A stretch of 64,000 nucleotides of DNA from Candidatus Aminicenantes bacterium (GCA_963719985.1 CAVRDU010000005.1:578817-642816), one strand, 5' to 3'. Counted from the first letter of the stretch, positions 22,497 to 33,347 are shown. Made by a program: numbers and translations. Notes: a model not told the origin generated them from the letters alone.

Positions 22497-23774
22497 TATG
22501 AGCACGACAACGGACTGACGCGCAGGGACTTCATCAAGACGGCCTCGGCGGCCTCCATGGCCGCGCTGGTCGCGGGCGTTGCGGGCTCGGGCGGGCGCTG
22601 CGCCGCGGGCTCCGACGCGATCCGCGTCGGCGTCATCGGCTGCGGCGGCCGGGGCACGGGCGCGACCATCGACGCCGTGAACGCCGCCCCCGGAGTCGAG
22701 ATCGTGGCCCTCTACGATCCCTTCCAGGACCGTGTCGACAGCTGCCTCAAGCGGCTCCGGGAGAAGGTCCCGGACGCGGTCAAGGTCACGCCGGAGACGT
22801 GCTTCACCGGCCTCGACGGCTACAAGAAGCTCCTGGCCATCAAAAAGATCAACTATATCGTCACGGCCGCACCGCCCGGCTTCCGGCCCCTCCACCTCGA
22901 GGCCGCGGTCAAGGCCGGCAAGAACGTCTTCATGGAGAAGCCGGTCGCCGTCGACCCGGTCGGGGTCCGCTCCGTCATCGCCAGCTCGGAGCTGGCCGCG
23001 AAGAAGGGACTGGCCATCGTCGCCGGCACCCAGCGCCGCCACCAGCAGAGCTATCTCGAGACGATGAAGCGCGTCCACGACGGGGCCATCGGCGAGATCG
23101 TCGGCGGGCAGTGCTACTGGAACCAGGGCGACCTCTGGGTCATCAAGCAAACCCCGGAGATGAGCGACATGGAATGGCAGTGCCGCAACTGGCTCTACTT
23201 CACCTGGATCTCGGGCGATCACATCGTCGAGCAGCACGTCCACAACATCGACGTCATGAACTGGGCCTTCAACGCGACGCCGGTCAAGGTCATGGGCATG
23301 GGCGGCCGCCAGGTCCGGACGGCCCCCGAGTACGGCAACATCTTCGACCACTTCGCCGTCGAGTTCGAATACCCGAACGGCGCCCGTGTCATGAGCATGT
23401 GCCGCCAGACCAAGGGCTGCGCCGACCGGGTCGAGGAGAAGATCGTCGGGACCAAGGGCCACGCCTTCGGCTACGGCGAGATCTCCGGGCCGAACGCCTG
23501 GAAGTTCGAGGCCGAGGAGGCCAATCCCTACGTCGTCGAGCACACCGACCTGATCGCCAGCATCCGGGACGGGAAGCCCATCAACGAGGGCAAGCGCATC
23601 GCCGAGAGCACGCTCTGCGCCATCATGGGCCGGATGAGCGCCTACACCGGGCGGGCCATCTCCTGGGAGTGGGCCATGAACGCCTCCAAGCTCGACCTCT
23701 TTCCGGCCAAGCTCGAGTTCGGGCCGCACCCGGTCGATCCGGTCGCCGTGCCCGGCACGACGCCGCTCGTCTGA
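22497..23774 (+). CDS. TAT-exported Gfo/Idh/MocA family oxidoreductase
   Basis: GGAG then ATG (MSTTTD), then a 1-nt frameshift into LTRRDFIKTASAAS (TAT signal). Rossmann GVIGCGGRG and GFRPLH... plus the Gfo/Idh/MocA C-terminal domain. 476 aa in the track frame. Confidence 0.7.
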   Translation, partial: YEHDNGLTRRDFIKTASAASMAALVAGVAGSGGRCAAGSDAIRVGVIGCGGRGTGATIDAVNAAPGVEIVALYDPFQDRVDSCLKRLREKVPDAVKVTPETCFTGLDGYKKLLAIKKINYIVTAAPPGFRPLHLEAAVKAGKNVFMEKPVAVDPVGVRSVIASSELAAKKGLAIVAGTQRRHQQSYLETMKRVHDGAIGEIVGGQCYWNQGDLWVIKQTPEMSDMEWQCRNWLYFTWISGDHIVEQHVHNIDVMNWAFNATPVKVMGMGGRQVRTAPEYGNIFDHFAVEFEYPNGARVMSMCRQTKGCADRVEEKIVGTKGHAFGYGEISGPNAWKFEAEEANPYVVEHTDLIASIRDGKPINEGKRIAESTLCAIMGRMSAYTGRAISWEWAMNASKLDLFPAKLEFGPHPVDPVAVPGTTPLV

Positions 23775-23851
23775 GACGGAAGCGCGATGCCCGCGCCGCG
23801 CGCGATTCCCCGGCGCTCCGGCGCGTGTGAAGAACTGCACCAGGAGGGCGC

Positions 23852-25170
23852 ATGAATAAATACGGCCGAAGGCAATTTCTCAAGACCGCCGCCGCGGCCG
23901 GGGCCGCCGCCGTGGCCGGATTCCCGACCATCGTCAAGGCTTCGGCCCTGGGCAAGGACGGGGCCGTCGCGCCCTCGGACCGCATCGTCATGGCCGGCAT
24001 CGGCTTCGGCATGATGGGCCCGGGCAACATGTCGAGCTTCCTCGAGAAACCCGAGGTCCAATGGGTCGCCGTTTGCGACATCGACAAGGAGCCGCTGGCC
24101 ATGGCCAAGGGGATGGTCGACAAGAAGTACGGCAACAACGCCTGCGCGACCTACCACGATTTCCGCGAGCTCTACGCGCGCAAGGACCTCGACGCCGTGT
24201 CCATCGCCGTGCCCGACCACTGGCACGCGATACTGTCGATCGCCGCTCTTCGGGCCGGCCTCGACGTCTACGGCGAGAAGCCCCTGACCCACAACCTGCG
24301 CGAGGGCCGGGCCCTCTGCGACGCGGTCGAGCGCTACGGCCGGGTCTGGCAGACGGGCTCGTGGCAGCGCTCGGTCGAGAACTTCCACCAGGCCGCGGAG
24401 CTCGTCCGCAACGGCCGCGATCGGCAAGATCAAGCGGATCGAGGTCGGCCTGCCGTCGGGGCATTACGACTTCGCCCGGACCTTCGGCCAGGAGGCGCTC
24501 GTCGCCCCGCCGCCCAATCTCGACTACGAGTTCTGGGTCGGCCCGGCGCCCTGGTGGCCCTACTGCAAGGCCCGCGTCCACATGAACTGGCGCTGGAACA
24601 TGGATTTCGGCGGCGGCCAGTACATGGACTGGATCGGCCACCACCTCGACATCGCCCACTGGGGCATGGGCTGGGACGAGACCGGCCCGGTCGAGATCGA
24701 GGCGGAAGGCGAGTTCCCGACCTCGGGCATCTACAACTCGCCGACCCGTTATTACGTCAAAGCCAAGTACGCCGACGGGACGCCCATGGTCTTAGCGGGC
24801 GGGCACGACGAGATCTGGAGCGGGACGAAGTGGATCGGCGAGTACGGCTGGATCTGGGTCGACCGGGGCCAGTTCGAGACGGAGCCCGCGAGCCTGAAGC
24901 GACGAGGTCATCGGGCCGGAGGAGGTCCGCCTCACCAAGAGCCGGGACCACCACCAGAACTTCCTCGACTGCGTCCGCAGCCGGGGGAGGACGATCACCC
25001 CGGCCGAGACGGCCCACCGGTCGGCGAGCGTCGGGCACCTCGGCGTCATCGCCATGGAGGTCGGCCGCAAGGTCCGGTGGGACCCGGCGACCGAGACGAT
25101 CATCGGCGACCCCGAGGCGGAGCGGCTCCTCGGCCACTCCTACCGCAAGCCCTGGCAGCTGCCGGAGTGA
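23852..25170 (+). CDS. TAT-exported Gfo/Idh/MocA family oxidoreductase, two frameshifts (~24419, ~24900)
   Basis: MNKYGRRQFLKTAAAAGAAAVAG TAT signal, GIGFGMMG Rossmann, EKPL motif. Continues in the frame of 24582 (IGKIKRIEVGLPSGHYDF…) and a third frame (…DEVIGPEEVRLTKSRDHHQNFLDCV…WQLPE stop). Confidence 0.65.
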
Positions 25171-25181
25171 GGAGGGCGACC

Positions 25182-27188
25182 ATGAGAAGAATGAAGAAAA
25201 CCACCGTGGTCGCCGTCGCGGCGCTCGGCCTTTTCGCTTCCTTGGCGCTTGTTCCCCTCCCCGTGGCTGGGCAAATGACAGAACGGGTGAAGCAGGGCAT
25301 GGGACTCACCTACGAGTCGCTCGAGGCCATACTCGAGGACCTCCGGGCCTACGACTTCGCCGCCGGCGTCGGCGCCCCGTTGGCGCTCCGGGCCTACGTC
25401 TTCGCGCACAAGGACGATCCGCTGGCGCGGCGGGCGACCGAGGCGGCGCTCCTCGAGTTCATCCAGGCCTCCCCCGGGCCCGCGCCGGGGGGGCTGATGG
25501 CCGCGTGCCGCGCGCTCGGGCTCATCGGGGGGACGGACGCTGTTCCGGCGCTCGCCGGGCTCGTCGCGAAAGTTGAGACGACCGACGCGGCCCGATACGC
25601 CCTGGAGAGGATCCCGGGGACGGAGGCCGGCCAGGCGCTCATCGCCGCGTTGGACAAGACGCGGGGCGACGTCAAGCGCGGCCTCGTCTTTTCCCTCGGC
25701 GCGAGGCGGACGGCGGCGGCCGTCCCCGCGCTTTCGCGGCTGGCCGGCGGCAAGGACGCCGTCCTGGCGGCGGACGCGATCAAGGCCTTGGGCAGGATCG
25801 GCGGGACCGAGGCCGTGAAGGCGCTGACCGCGGCTCTCGGAAGATCCGGCCCGGCGTTGAAGTCGGAAGCCGCTTCGGCTCTGCTCGTCGCCGCGGAAGG
25901 ATCGCTCGAAGGCGGGGACAAGGCCGGCGCCGCCTCGATCTACGACAAGGTCTTCGCGTCGGGCGCTCCATCCATCGCGCGGCAGGCCGCGTTCAAAGGC
26001 AAGATCGCTTTAGCGGCCGACCCCAAGGGGACCATCCTCGCGGCCTTGGCCGGGAAGGAGACGCTCCTTCACTCCCCGGCGCTGGCCGCGGTCCCGACGC
26101 ATTTCGGCCCGCGAGAGATCGGAGAGGTCGCGGATCTCATGGCCCGCCTGCCCGAGGACACTCAGATCCAGCTCGCCGCCATCCTGGCGAAGTATCCCGC
26201 GGACGTGGCCAGGCCCACGCTCCTCGCGGCCGCGGAAGGCCCGTCCCTGAACTTGAGGCTGGCCGCGCTCCGGGCCATCGCCGCGGCCGGCGACGGCAAG
26301 TCGGTCCTCTTCCTGGCGAACAAAGCGGCCCGGACGGCCGGGGCCGAACAGGAGGCCGCGCGGGAGGCTCTGGCCCGGATGAAGGGCCTCGATGTCGACA
26401 CGGCGGTCCTCGAAAATCTCGCCAAGGCCACGGACGACGCGGTCAAGGCCGAGCTCGTCCAGGCCGCGAGCGTACGGCGTATCGCGGCGGCGAAGCCCGC
26501 TCTCATGGACCTGGTCGCGTCCGGCTCGCCGGCCCTCAAGACGCGGGCCGCGGCCGCTCTCCGGACGCTCGGCGGCCAGGCGGACCTCCCCGAGCTGCTC
26601 GACCTGCTCGGCGGGCTCGAGGACGAGACGGGCCGCGAGGCCATGCAGGACACGATCGCCGCGGTCGCCCGGACGAACCCGAGAGAGCTGGCCCGGGCCG
26701 GCGAGGTCAAGAGCCGGCTGGTCGCCGAGAAAGACCCGGCGAAGCGGGCCGACCTGCTCCGCGTCTTGGGCAAGATCGGCGACGACTCCGCCCTGGCCCT
26801 CGTCCGGGGCGCCCTCTCCGACCCGAACGCGGTCGTCGTCGACGCCGCGGTCCGGGCCCTCGCGGATTGGCCGACGGTCTCCGCCCGCGACGACGTCTTC
26901 GAGGTCGCCCGGACGTCGCTCGACCTCACTCACCGCGTCCTGGCCGCGCGGGCCTTCGTCCGGATGGTCGATCTCGAGCCGTACCGCTCGCCCGAAGGAG
27001 CGGCGGCAGATCTGCTCCGGGTCCTGGCCCTGGCCCCGCGGCCGGAGGAGAAGAGGCTCGTCCTGAGCGCGCTCGTGCGGTTCCCCTGCGTTACGGCCCT
27101 CAGGACGGCCGAGTCCCTGCTGGCCGATCCTTCCGTCGCCAAAGAGGCCCAGCTGGCCGCCGACCGCATCCGCAACGCGTTGAAATGA
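25182..27188 (+). CDS. Secreted HEAT/PBS-lyase-like repeat protein
   Basis: Signal peptide MRRMKKTTVVAVAALGLFASLA. About 668 aa of Ala/Leu-rich repeats (ALGRIGGTEAVKAL, VRALADW…). RBS GAGGAGG. Confidence 0.65.
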   Translation: MRRMKKTTVVAVAALGLFASLALVPLPVAGQMTERVKQGMGLTYESLEAILEDLRAYDFAAGVGAPLALRAYVFAHKDDPLARRATEAALLEFIQASPGPAPGGLMAACRALGLIGGTDAVPALAGLVAKVETTDAARYALERIPGTEAGQALIAALDKTRGDVKRGLVFSLGARRTAAAVPALSRLAGGKDAVLAADAIKALGRIGGTEAVKALTAALGRSGPALKSEAASALLVAAEGSLEGGDKAGAASIYDKVFASGAPSIARQAAFKGKIALAADPKGTILAALAGKETLLHSPALAAVPTHFGPREIGEVADLMARLPEDTQIQLAAILAKYPADVARPTLLAAAEGPSLNLRLAALRAIAAAGDGKSVLFLANKAARTAGAEQEAAREALARMKGLDVDTAVLENLAKATDDAVKAELVQAASVRRIAAAKPALMDLVASGSPALKTRAAAALRTLGGQADLPELLDLLGGLEDETGREAMQDTIAAVARTNPRELARAGEVKSRLVAEKDPAKRADLLRVLGKIGDDSALALVRGALSDPNAVVVDAAVRALADWPTVSARDDVFEVARTSLDLTHRVLAARAFVRMVDLEPYRSPEGAAADLLRVLALAPRPEEKRLVLSALVRFPCVTALRTAESLLADPSVAKEAQLAADRIRNALK

Positions 27189-27192
27189 AGAG

Positions 27193-27244
27193 GGGGTCAG
27201 ATCTACCTTTTACCCATTTTTGGGTAAAAGGTAGATCTGACCCC
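27193..27244. terminator. Perfect 24-bp inverted repeat with 4-nt loop (probable bidirectional terminator/structured element)
   Basis: ggggtcagatctaccttttaccca tttt tgggtaaaaggtagatctgacccc, 5 nt after the HEAT-repeat gene stop. Comparatively AT-rich for this genome. Followed by TTCT. Confidence 0.5.
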
Positions 27245-27277
27245 TTCTGAAAGACCGCCCCATATCGGGAGGATAAC

Positions 27278-28454
27278 ATGATCGAAGGACAGGCGTCGGG
27301 CGGCAAGGCGCAGAAGCTCCGTTATGGGATGATCGGCGGCGGCCAGGGAGCGTTCATCGGCGACGTCCACCGCAAGTCGATCGCCATGGACGGCAAGGCG
27401 GAGATCGTCTGCGGAGCGTTCTCGCAAAGCTACGACAACACCTTGGCCACGGGCGAGGCGCTCGGCCTCCCGAAGGAGCGCCTCTACCGGACCTTCGAGG
27501 AGATGATCCGGTCCGAGTCGAAGCGCCCCGACAAGCCCGACTTCATCAGCGTCGTCACGCCCAACAGCACCCACTTCCCGGCCGCCAAGCTGGCCCTCGA
27601 GCACGGCTTCTCCGTCGTCTGCGAGAAGCCGCTGGCCACGAGCTCGGCCGACGCCTCGGAGCTCGCCTGCCTCGTCCGCGAGACGGGTCTGCTCTTCTGC
27701 GTCACCTACGCCTACTCGGGCTACCCCATCGTCAAGCACCTCCGCGACTTGATCGCCTCGGGCGAGATCGGCGAGGTCCGCTTCGTCAACGGCGAGTATC
27801 CCCAGGAGTGGCTCATGACCAAGCTCGAGGACGACCGGCCAGAAGCAGGCCGCCTGGCGGACCGATCCCAAGCTCGCCGGCGCCTCCAACTGCGTCGGCG
27901 ACATCGGCAGCCACATCGAGTTCATGGCCGCCCACATGACCGGCCTCGAGATCGAGTCGCTTTGCGCCCGCCTGGACCGCTTCGGCGCCGGCCGCCCCCT
28001 CGACGACAACGCCACGATCATGGTCGACTTCAAGGGCGGCGCGAAAGGCGTCTACTGGAGCTCCCAGATCGCCGCCGGCCACGACAACGCCCTTCGCCTC
28101 CGCATCTACGGCACCAAGGGCGCCGTCGAATGGTTCCAGGAGACGCCGAACACGGCCCGCGTCTCCTTCCTCGACCGGCCGTCCGGGACGATCTCGCGCG
28201 GCCGCGACCCGATGTCGCCCCGGGCCCAGTCGCTCTCCCGCATCCCCTCGGGCCATCCCGAGGGCTACTTCGAGAGCTTCGCCAACGTCTACTCGACTTT
28301 CATCGCCGCCCTGGCCAAGAAGCTCCGCGGCGAGCCGCTCTCCGCCGCCGACCTCGACTTTCCCAGCGTCGACGACGGCGTTCGCGGCGTCCGCTACATC
28401 GAGAAGTGCGTCGAGAGCTCGGCCAAGGGCGCGATCTGGGTCGCGATGGAGTGA
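27278..28454 (+). CDS. Gfo/Idh/MocA family oxidoreductase (cytoplasmic, no signal peptide), one frameshift (~27830)
   Basis: GMIGGGQGAFIG Rossmann and CEKPLATS motif. The C-terminal domain continues in the frame of 27924 (…QKQAAWRTDPKLAGASNCVGDIGSH…). Confidence 0.7.
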
Positions 28455-28510
28455 GAGCCCGGCAGGATCGCTGGATCGGGCTCGAGGGGGAACACGCAAA
28501 GGGGGTATCT

Positions 28511-29698
28511 ATGAAAAAGCGCATCATGGTCCGGCCGGCCTGCTGCGGAGCGGTGCTGATCCTCGCCGTGCTTACTGTCTCGCGCTGCCGCGGGGAGAAG
28601 ACCTACGCGGTCGAGATCAGGGACGGCGTCCGGTACGTCCATAACATCAGGCCCGCGTCCGAGAAGCCCGTGGCCGGGCTGGTCTTTGTCGGCAAGATCG
28701 GGGAGCTCGAGTCGAAAGACCCGGACCGCCAGTTCGTCCGCCCCATGAGCGCCGACGAGGACGCCGCGGGGAATCTCTTCATCCTCGACGACAAGGAGTC
28801 CTGCGTCAAGAAGTTCGGCGCCCGCAGGGAATACCTGGGCCGTTTCGGCCGGAACGGCCAGGGGCCGGGCGAATTCCAATACGCGATGAAGGTCGCGGTC
28901 AGCGCGAGCGGCCAGGTCGTCGTCTCGACGATGTCCTCGGAATTCCACGTCTTCGGGAACGACGGGACCTATGTCGACCGCTTCCGGCTCCCTCCCTACA
29001 GGGGGATCAGCCCGGTCGTCCTCGGCGCGGACCGCGTCGCCGCCTACGCCTTCCTGGTCAACGGGGAGAATGACCGGGACAATCACGTTCTGGCCATCTT
29101 CGATTTCCAGGGACAGGTCCTCCATGAATTCGGGGAGCCCTATCTTCTGGACGCGACGAGGAGGACCTGGAACGCCAATTTCCTGAGCCTGGCCGTCGAC
29201 GGGGAAGAGAACATCTACGCGGCCTTCACCTCTCTCAACCGGATCGAGAAATATTCATCGGCCGGGCGGCTGCTCCTGTCGATCGACCGGGCCCTGCCTT
29301 ATGAGATCACGCACCGTTACAAGCAATCGTCGATGGACGTCGGCGGCCGGGTCGCCCTCGTCGACGAGCCGGATTTCACGCCGGTCAGCAGCGGGATCGG
29401 CATCGACCGCAGCGGCCGCATCTGGGTGCTGAGCGTCCAGAAGGCGATCAGCCAGTCCAGCCTGCCCAAGGATTTCAGGCTCCGGGACTACGTCGCCTTC
29501 GAGATCTACGGTCCGGAGGGCGTTCTCCTGTCGCGTCTGCCCTTCCCGCCCGAGGTCGTGAAATTCGACAACATGACGATGCGCGGCGATCACGTGTTCT
29601 TCGTGGACCCGTTCGACGAAGCCTGTGTCTACGAATACGCTGTCGTCGATCGTCGAGGACTGAAGGTCCTTCATGCCCCGGCCTCGGGTATGAGATAA
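28511..29698 (+). CDS. Six-bladed beta-propeller (NHL-like) repeat protein, secreted/lipoprotein-like
   Basis: MKKRIMVRPACCGAVLILAVLTVSRC signal. Repeated FGxxGxGPGEF-type blades. Paralogous to 51623..52777. Confidence 0.5.
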   Translation: MKKRIMVRPACCGAVLILAVLTVSRCRGEKTYAVEIRDGVRYVHNIRPASEKPVAGLVFVGKIGELESKDPDRQFVRPMSADEDAAGNLFILDDKESCVKKFGARREYLGRFGRNGQGPGEFQYAMKVAVSASGQVVVSTMSSEFHVFGNDGTYVDRFRLPPYRGISPVVLGADRVAAYAFLVNGENDRDNHVLAIFDFQGQVLHEFGEPYLLDATRRTWNANFLSLAVDGEENIYAAFTSLNRIEKYSSAGRLLLSIDRALPYEITHRYKQSSMDVGGRVALVDEPDFTPVSSGIGIDRSGRIWVLSVQKAISQSSLPKDFRLRDYVAFEIYGPEGVLLSRLPFPPEVVKFDNMTMRGDHVFFVDPFDEACVYEYAVVDRRGLKVLHAPASGMR

Positions 29699-29736
29699 TG
29701 AGGCCGCCGATCAACGCTGCGACTGAGGAGGGCATC

Positions 29737-30726
29737 ATGGCCCGACCGGTAACTCTGTTCACCGGCCAGTGGGCCGACCTGCCCTTCGAGGAGATCTGCA
29801 AGAAGGCCAAGGCCTGGGGCTACGACGGCCTCGAGATCGCCTGCTGGGGCGACCACATGGACGTCCGCAAGGCCGCCGCCGACCCGGCCTACGTCCGCGA
29901 CAGGAAGCGCATCCTCAAGAAACACGGCCTCAGCTGCTGGGCCCTCGGCGCCCACCTCGCCGGCCAGTGCGTCGGCGACGAGTACGACCCGCGCCTCGAC
30001 GGCTTCGCCCCCGACGCCGTCAAGGGCAAGCCCGAGGCCCTCCGCAAGTGGGCCGTCGAGGAGATGAAGACCGCGGCCAGGGCCGCCCGGGCCATGGGCT
30101 GCTACGTCGTCAACGGCTTCATGGGCTCGCCCATCTGGAAGGCCTGGTACTCCTTCCCGCCGACGACCGAGGAGATGATCGAGGCCGCCTTCCAGAAGAT
30201 CAAGGAGCTCTGGACGCCCATCTTCGACGAGTTCGACGAGCAGGGCGTCAAGTTCGCCCTCGAGGTCCACCCGACCGAGATCGCCTTCGACTTCTACACC
30301 ACCCAGCGCCTCCTCGACACCTTCAACGGCCGCCCGACCCTCGGCTTCAACTTCGACCCGAGCCACCTCGTCTGGCAGGGCATCGAGCCGCACCTCTTCA
30401 TCCGCGACTTCGCCGACCGCGTCTACCACGTCCACATGAAGGACGTGGCCGTGACCCTCGACGGGCGGGCCGGCATCCTGGGCTCGCTCCTGCCCTTCGG
30501 CGACACGCGCCGCGGCTGGAACTTCCGCTCGCTCGGCCACGGCGACGTCGACTTCGAGGCCATCATCCGCGAGCTCAACGCCGCCGGCTACGACGGTCCG
30601 CTCTCGGTCGAGTGGGAGGACAACGCCATGGACCGCGAGTTCGGCGCGAAGGAAGCGCTCGACTTCGTCCGCACGATGAACTTCTCGCCGTCCAAGGTCG
30701 CCTTCGACAAGGACATGAAGAAATAG
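29737..30726 (+). CDS. Sugar phosphate isomerase/epimerase (xylose isomerase-like TIM barrel)
   Basis: GAGGAGGG then ATG (MARPVTLFTGQW…). Conserved TIM-barrel His/Glu/Asp blocks (EVHPTEIAF, HVHMKD). Confidence 0.8.
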   Translation: MARPVTLFTGQWADLPFEEICKKAKAWGYDGLEIACWGDHMDVRKAAADPAYVRDRKRILKKHGLSCWALGAHLAGQCVGDEYDPRLDGFAPDAVKGKPEALRKWAVEEMKTAARAARAMGCYVVNGFMGSPIWKAWYSFPPTTEEMIEAAFQKIKELWTPIFDEFDEQGVKFALEVHPTEIAFDFYTTQRLLDTFNGRPTLGFNFDPSHLVWQGIEPHLFIRDFADRVYHVHMKDVAVTLDGRAGILGSLLPFGDTRRGWNFRSLGHGDVDFEAIIRELNAAGYDGPLSVEWEDNAMDREFGAKEALDFVRTMNFSPSKVAFDKDMKK

Positions 30727-33340
30727 GTCCGACCGGCGCCTGATTCAGCGGCCGCCGCGACGGGCCGGGCTGACCACCTGGAACCGTCCGCTCGAGCCGC
30801 CGGCCCTCCTCGTCCACGAGGACGATCCGGTGCGCGCCGGGCTCGGGGTTCAGGGCGATCTGGTGGAAGATCCGGGTCGACGCCACATAATCCTCGTCGA
30901 GATGCCAGTGGATGGTCGCCCCGCTCTCCCGGTGGACGGCCTCGAAGATGACCTCCCCCGCCCGGCCGTCGAGCCCGACCGGGACGTACACGGACATGTC
31001 GGGCTCGGGGTAGACGAGGCTCATCACCCGCGACCCGCGCTCGCCCGCCGGCCCGCCGCCGCAATCGGACCGGAACGGGGGCAGGGGCCGGTATTCGGGA
31101 TGTTCGGCCCGGTAGTAGTATTCCTGGATGGGCGGCAGGACGAACCACGCCTCGTGCCGCATGCGGTCGACCGGCTCGCAGCGGCTGTCGACCCGGAACC
31201 GGCCCGTGGCGTCGAGATGGACCGTCTGATGGAACGAGCACATCCGGTCGAAGCGGCTCTCCTCGGGGACCAGCACCGTCTCGGCCGGGCAGAGCTCCGT
31301 CGCCAGGAATCCCGAGTCCCGGCAGACCTTGATCTCCTTCAGCCCCGACCACGGCCGCTCGATCCGCCCGCCGCCGTCGACCGCGCCGATGAGGTCGAAC
31401 AGGACCGGGGCCGCGGCCGCGAGCCCGGTCAGGCCGGGCTTGCCCTCGCCGTCGGCGTTGCCGGCCCAGACGCCGATCGTGTAGTTCGGCATGACCCCGA
31501 TCGCCCAGGCGTCCCTCAAGCCGAAGCTCGTCCCGGTCTTCCAGGCCAGCCACTTCGAGGAGCTGAAGTTCCGCCAGAAGCCCTCCTCGTCGGGCCGGTT
31601 GACCGCGGTCAGGGCCTGGAGCGTCAGATAGGCGGCCGCCGCGCCGAGGTCCTTCATCTTCGACGGCGCCTCCCTCTCGTCCCGGAGAAGCCGGACCTCG
31701 CGTCCTCCTCCCGGCGCGCCCGACGCGAGCTGGGCCAGCTTGGCGTAGAGTGCGGCGACCTCGGAGAGCCGGCCCTCCGCCCCTCCCAGCACCAGGGTCA
31801 GGCCGTAGTCCTCCGGCGAGCGGTCGAGGGTCGTCATCCCCCACCGCCTCAGCCGGTGCTCGAACCGGGGGATGCCGTACTCGCGGAGCTCGCGCACGGC
31901 CGGGACGTTGAGCGACCAGGCCAGGGCCGTCCGGGCCGGGACGGCGCCGCGGAACCGCCGGTCGAAGTTCTCGGGCTTGAACCCCTCGAAGCGGACGGGC
32001 GTGTCGGCGACGAGCGTCACCGGCGTGAACCCGCCCTCCCGGACCATGGCGGCGTAGAGGAACGGCTTGAGGATGCTGCCCGTGCTCCTCCGGCTCCGGA
32101 GGATGTCGACGCTCTGGCCGAACTCCCCGCTCCGCTCGAGCCCGGCGTTCCCGACGTAGGCGACGACGGCCGCCCGGCGGTTGTCGATGACGACGGCGGC
32201 GACGTTCCGGATGTCCCGGCCGACGAGCCGCCGGCCGTGATCCTCGACGATCCTCCTCACGCTCCGCTGCAGGTCGGCGGCGACGAACGACCGGAACGGG
32301 GAAGCGGCGCCCCCGCGCGCCGCCAGGGTGTCGAGCAGATGAGGCGCCTCCCGGGGCACGGGCCGCGTCCCCCCCGGCATGGGCTCGGCCAGGGCCAGAC
32401 GGCACTCGAGCTCCGGCAGGACGCCCCTCGCCCGCAGCCGCTCGAGGAGACCGTCGCGCTTCCAAAGGAGGCGCGCCCGCCCCGCCGCGGACGCGAGGAG
32501 CCCCGGGTCGTTGGGCAGGACGGCCAGGTAGGCCGCTTCGGCCCAGCTCAGCTGTTCCGGGCTCCGGCCGAAGTACATCCACGACGCGGCGTCGAGGCCG
32601 ACGACGTTGCCGCCGAACGGGGCATGGGCGGCGAACAGGGCCAGGATCTCCTTCTTCGACCGCCCCGCTTCGAGCCTCAAGGCCAGGACCGCCTCCCGGG
32701 CCTTTTCGGCGTAGGTCCGCCTCCGGTTCTTGCGGGCCAGCCGCACGACCTGCATGGTGATCGTGCTCGCGCCGCTCTCGACCCTCCCGGAGCGCAAGTT
32801 CTGGCCGACCGCCCGGGCCACGGCCAGCGGATCGACGCCTGGGTGGATATAGAAGCGGCGGTCCTCGAAGCCGACCAGGACACGATAGAACCTCTCCGGG
32901 ACGCGCTCGCCCGCCGGGAACCGCCATTGACCGTCCGCGGCCGGCCGGGCCCCGAGAAGCTCGCCCTCGGCGCTGAAGAGCACGGGCGAGACGGGATCGT
33001 CGAAGCGGACGACGGGCAGGGCGAAGAAGAGGCCGAGGAGAAGAAGCGTCGCAATGCCAAAAGAGAAGAAGACGCGGCGCTTTGAAAAGGCTCTTCCGAT
33101 TCCGGAAATTTCCTCTCTCCGGCTTGGCTCGGGATATGCCTCTAGCTCCCCGGCCCCCCGGGAACCAGTCGTCCGGTTCCCCCCAGAGGGCCCCCCCTCC
33201 ACGGACGGGGATCTTCGAGGCATCATCCCTAGCCGCCGCGTGAGGATTCCCGGCAAAGGGAGAAGAACCCTTAAAAGGGGGACATGGACCCTTGGTGCGT
33301 GTCCCCGTTCGTTACCGGCCCGCCCCGTCTCTGACATCAT
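30575..33340 (-). CDS. pbpC: Penicillin-binding protein 1C (glycosyltransferase/transpeptidase)
   Basis: GT51 motifs (FEDRRFYIHPGVDP, GASTITMQ, RKxxE) and a transpeptidase domain. The start is ambiguous (ATGATG at 33340, 7 nt after the A2M stop, or ATGATG at 33226). The C-terminal ~50 aa and a 150 nt overlap with the convergent gene suggest a frameshift; an alternative frame ends …FQVVSPARRGGR near 30745. Confidence 0.75.
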   Translation of the reverse strand: MMSETGRAGNERGHAPRVHVPLLRVLLPLPGILTRRLGMMPRRSPSVEGGPSGGNRTTGSRGAGELEAYPEPSRREEISGIGRAFSKRRVFFSFGIATLLLLGLFFALPVVRFDDPVSPVLFSAEGELLGARPAADGQWRFPAGERVPERFYRVLVGFEDRRFYIHPGVDPLAVARAVGQNLRSGRVESGASTITMQVVRLARKNRRRTYAEKAREAVLALRLEAGRSKKEILALFAAHAPFGGNVVGLDAASWMYFGRSPEQLSWAEAAYLAVLPNDPGLLASAAGRARLLWKRDGLLERLRARGVLPELECRLALAEPMPGGTRPVPREAPHLLDTLAARGGAASPFRSFVAADLQRSVRRIVEDHGRRLVGRDIRNVAAVVIDNRRAAVVAYVGNAGLERSGEFGQSVDILRSRRSTGSILKPFLYAAMVREGGFTPVTLVADTPVRFEGFKPENFDRRFRGAVPARTALAWSLNVPAVRELREYGIPRFEHRLRRWGMTTLDRSPEDYGLTLVLGGAEGRLSEVAALYAKLAQLASGAPGGGREVRLLRDEREAPSKMKDLGAAAAYLTLQALTAVNRPDEEGFWRNFSSSKWLAWKTGTSFGLRDAWAIGVMPNYTIGVWAGNADGEGKPGLTGLAAAAPVLFDLIGAVDGGGRIERPWSGLKEIKVCRDSGFLATELCPAETVLVPEESRFDRMCSFHQTVHLDATGRFRVDSRCEPVDRMRHEAWFVLPPIQEYYYRAEHPEYRPLPPFRSDCGGGPAGERGSRVMSLVYPEPDMSVYVPVGLDGRAGEVIFEAVHRESGATIHWHLDEDYVASTRIFHQIALNPEPGAHRIVLVDEEGRRLERTVPGGQPGPSRRPLNQAPVGPISSCPCRRRPWTARSSSCGRSRALPSRRTRGPWRCPPTRPRADRRSRRR

Positions 33341-33347
33341 TCCTCGC

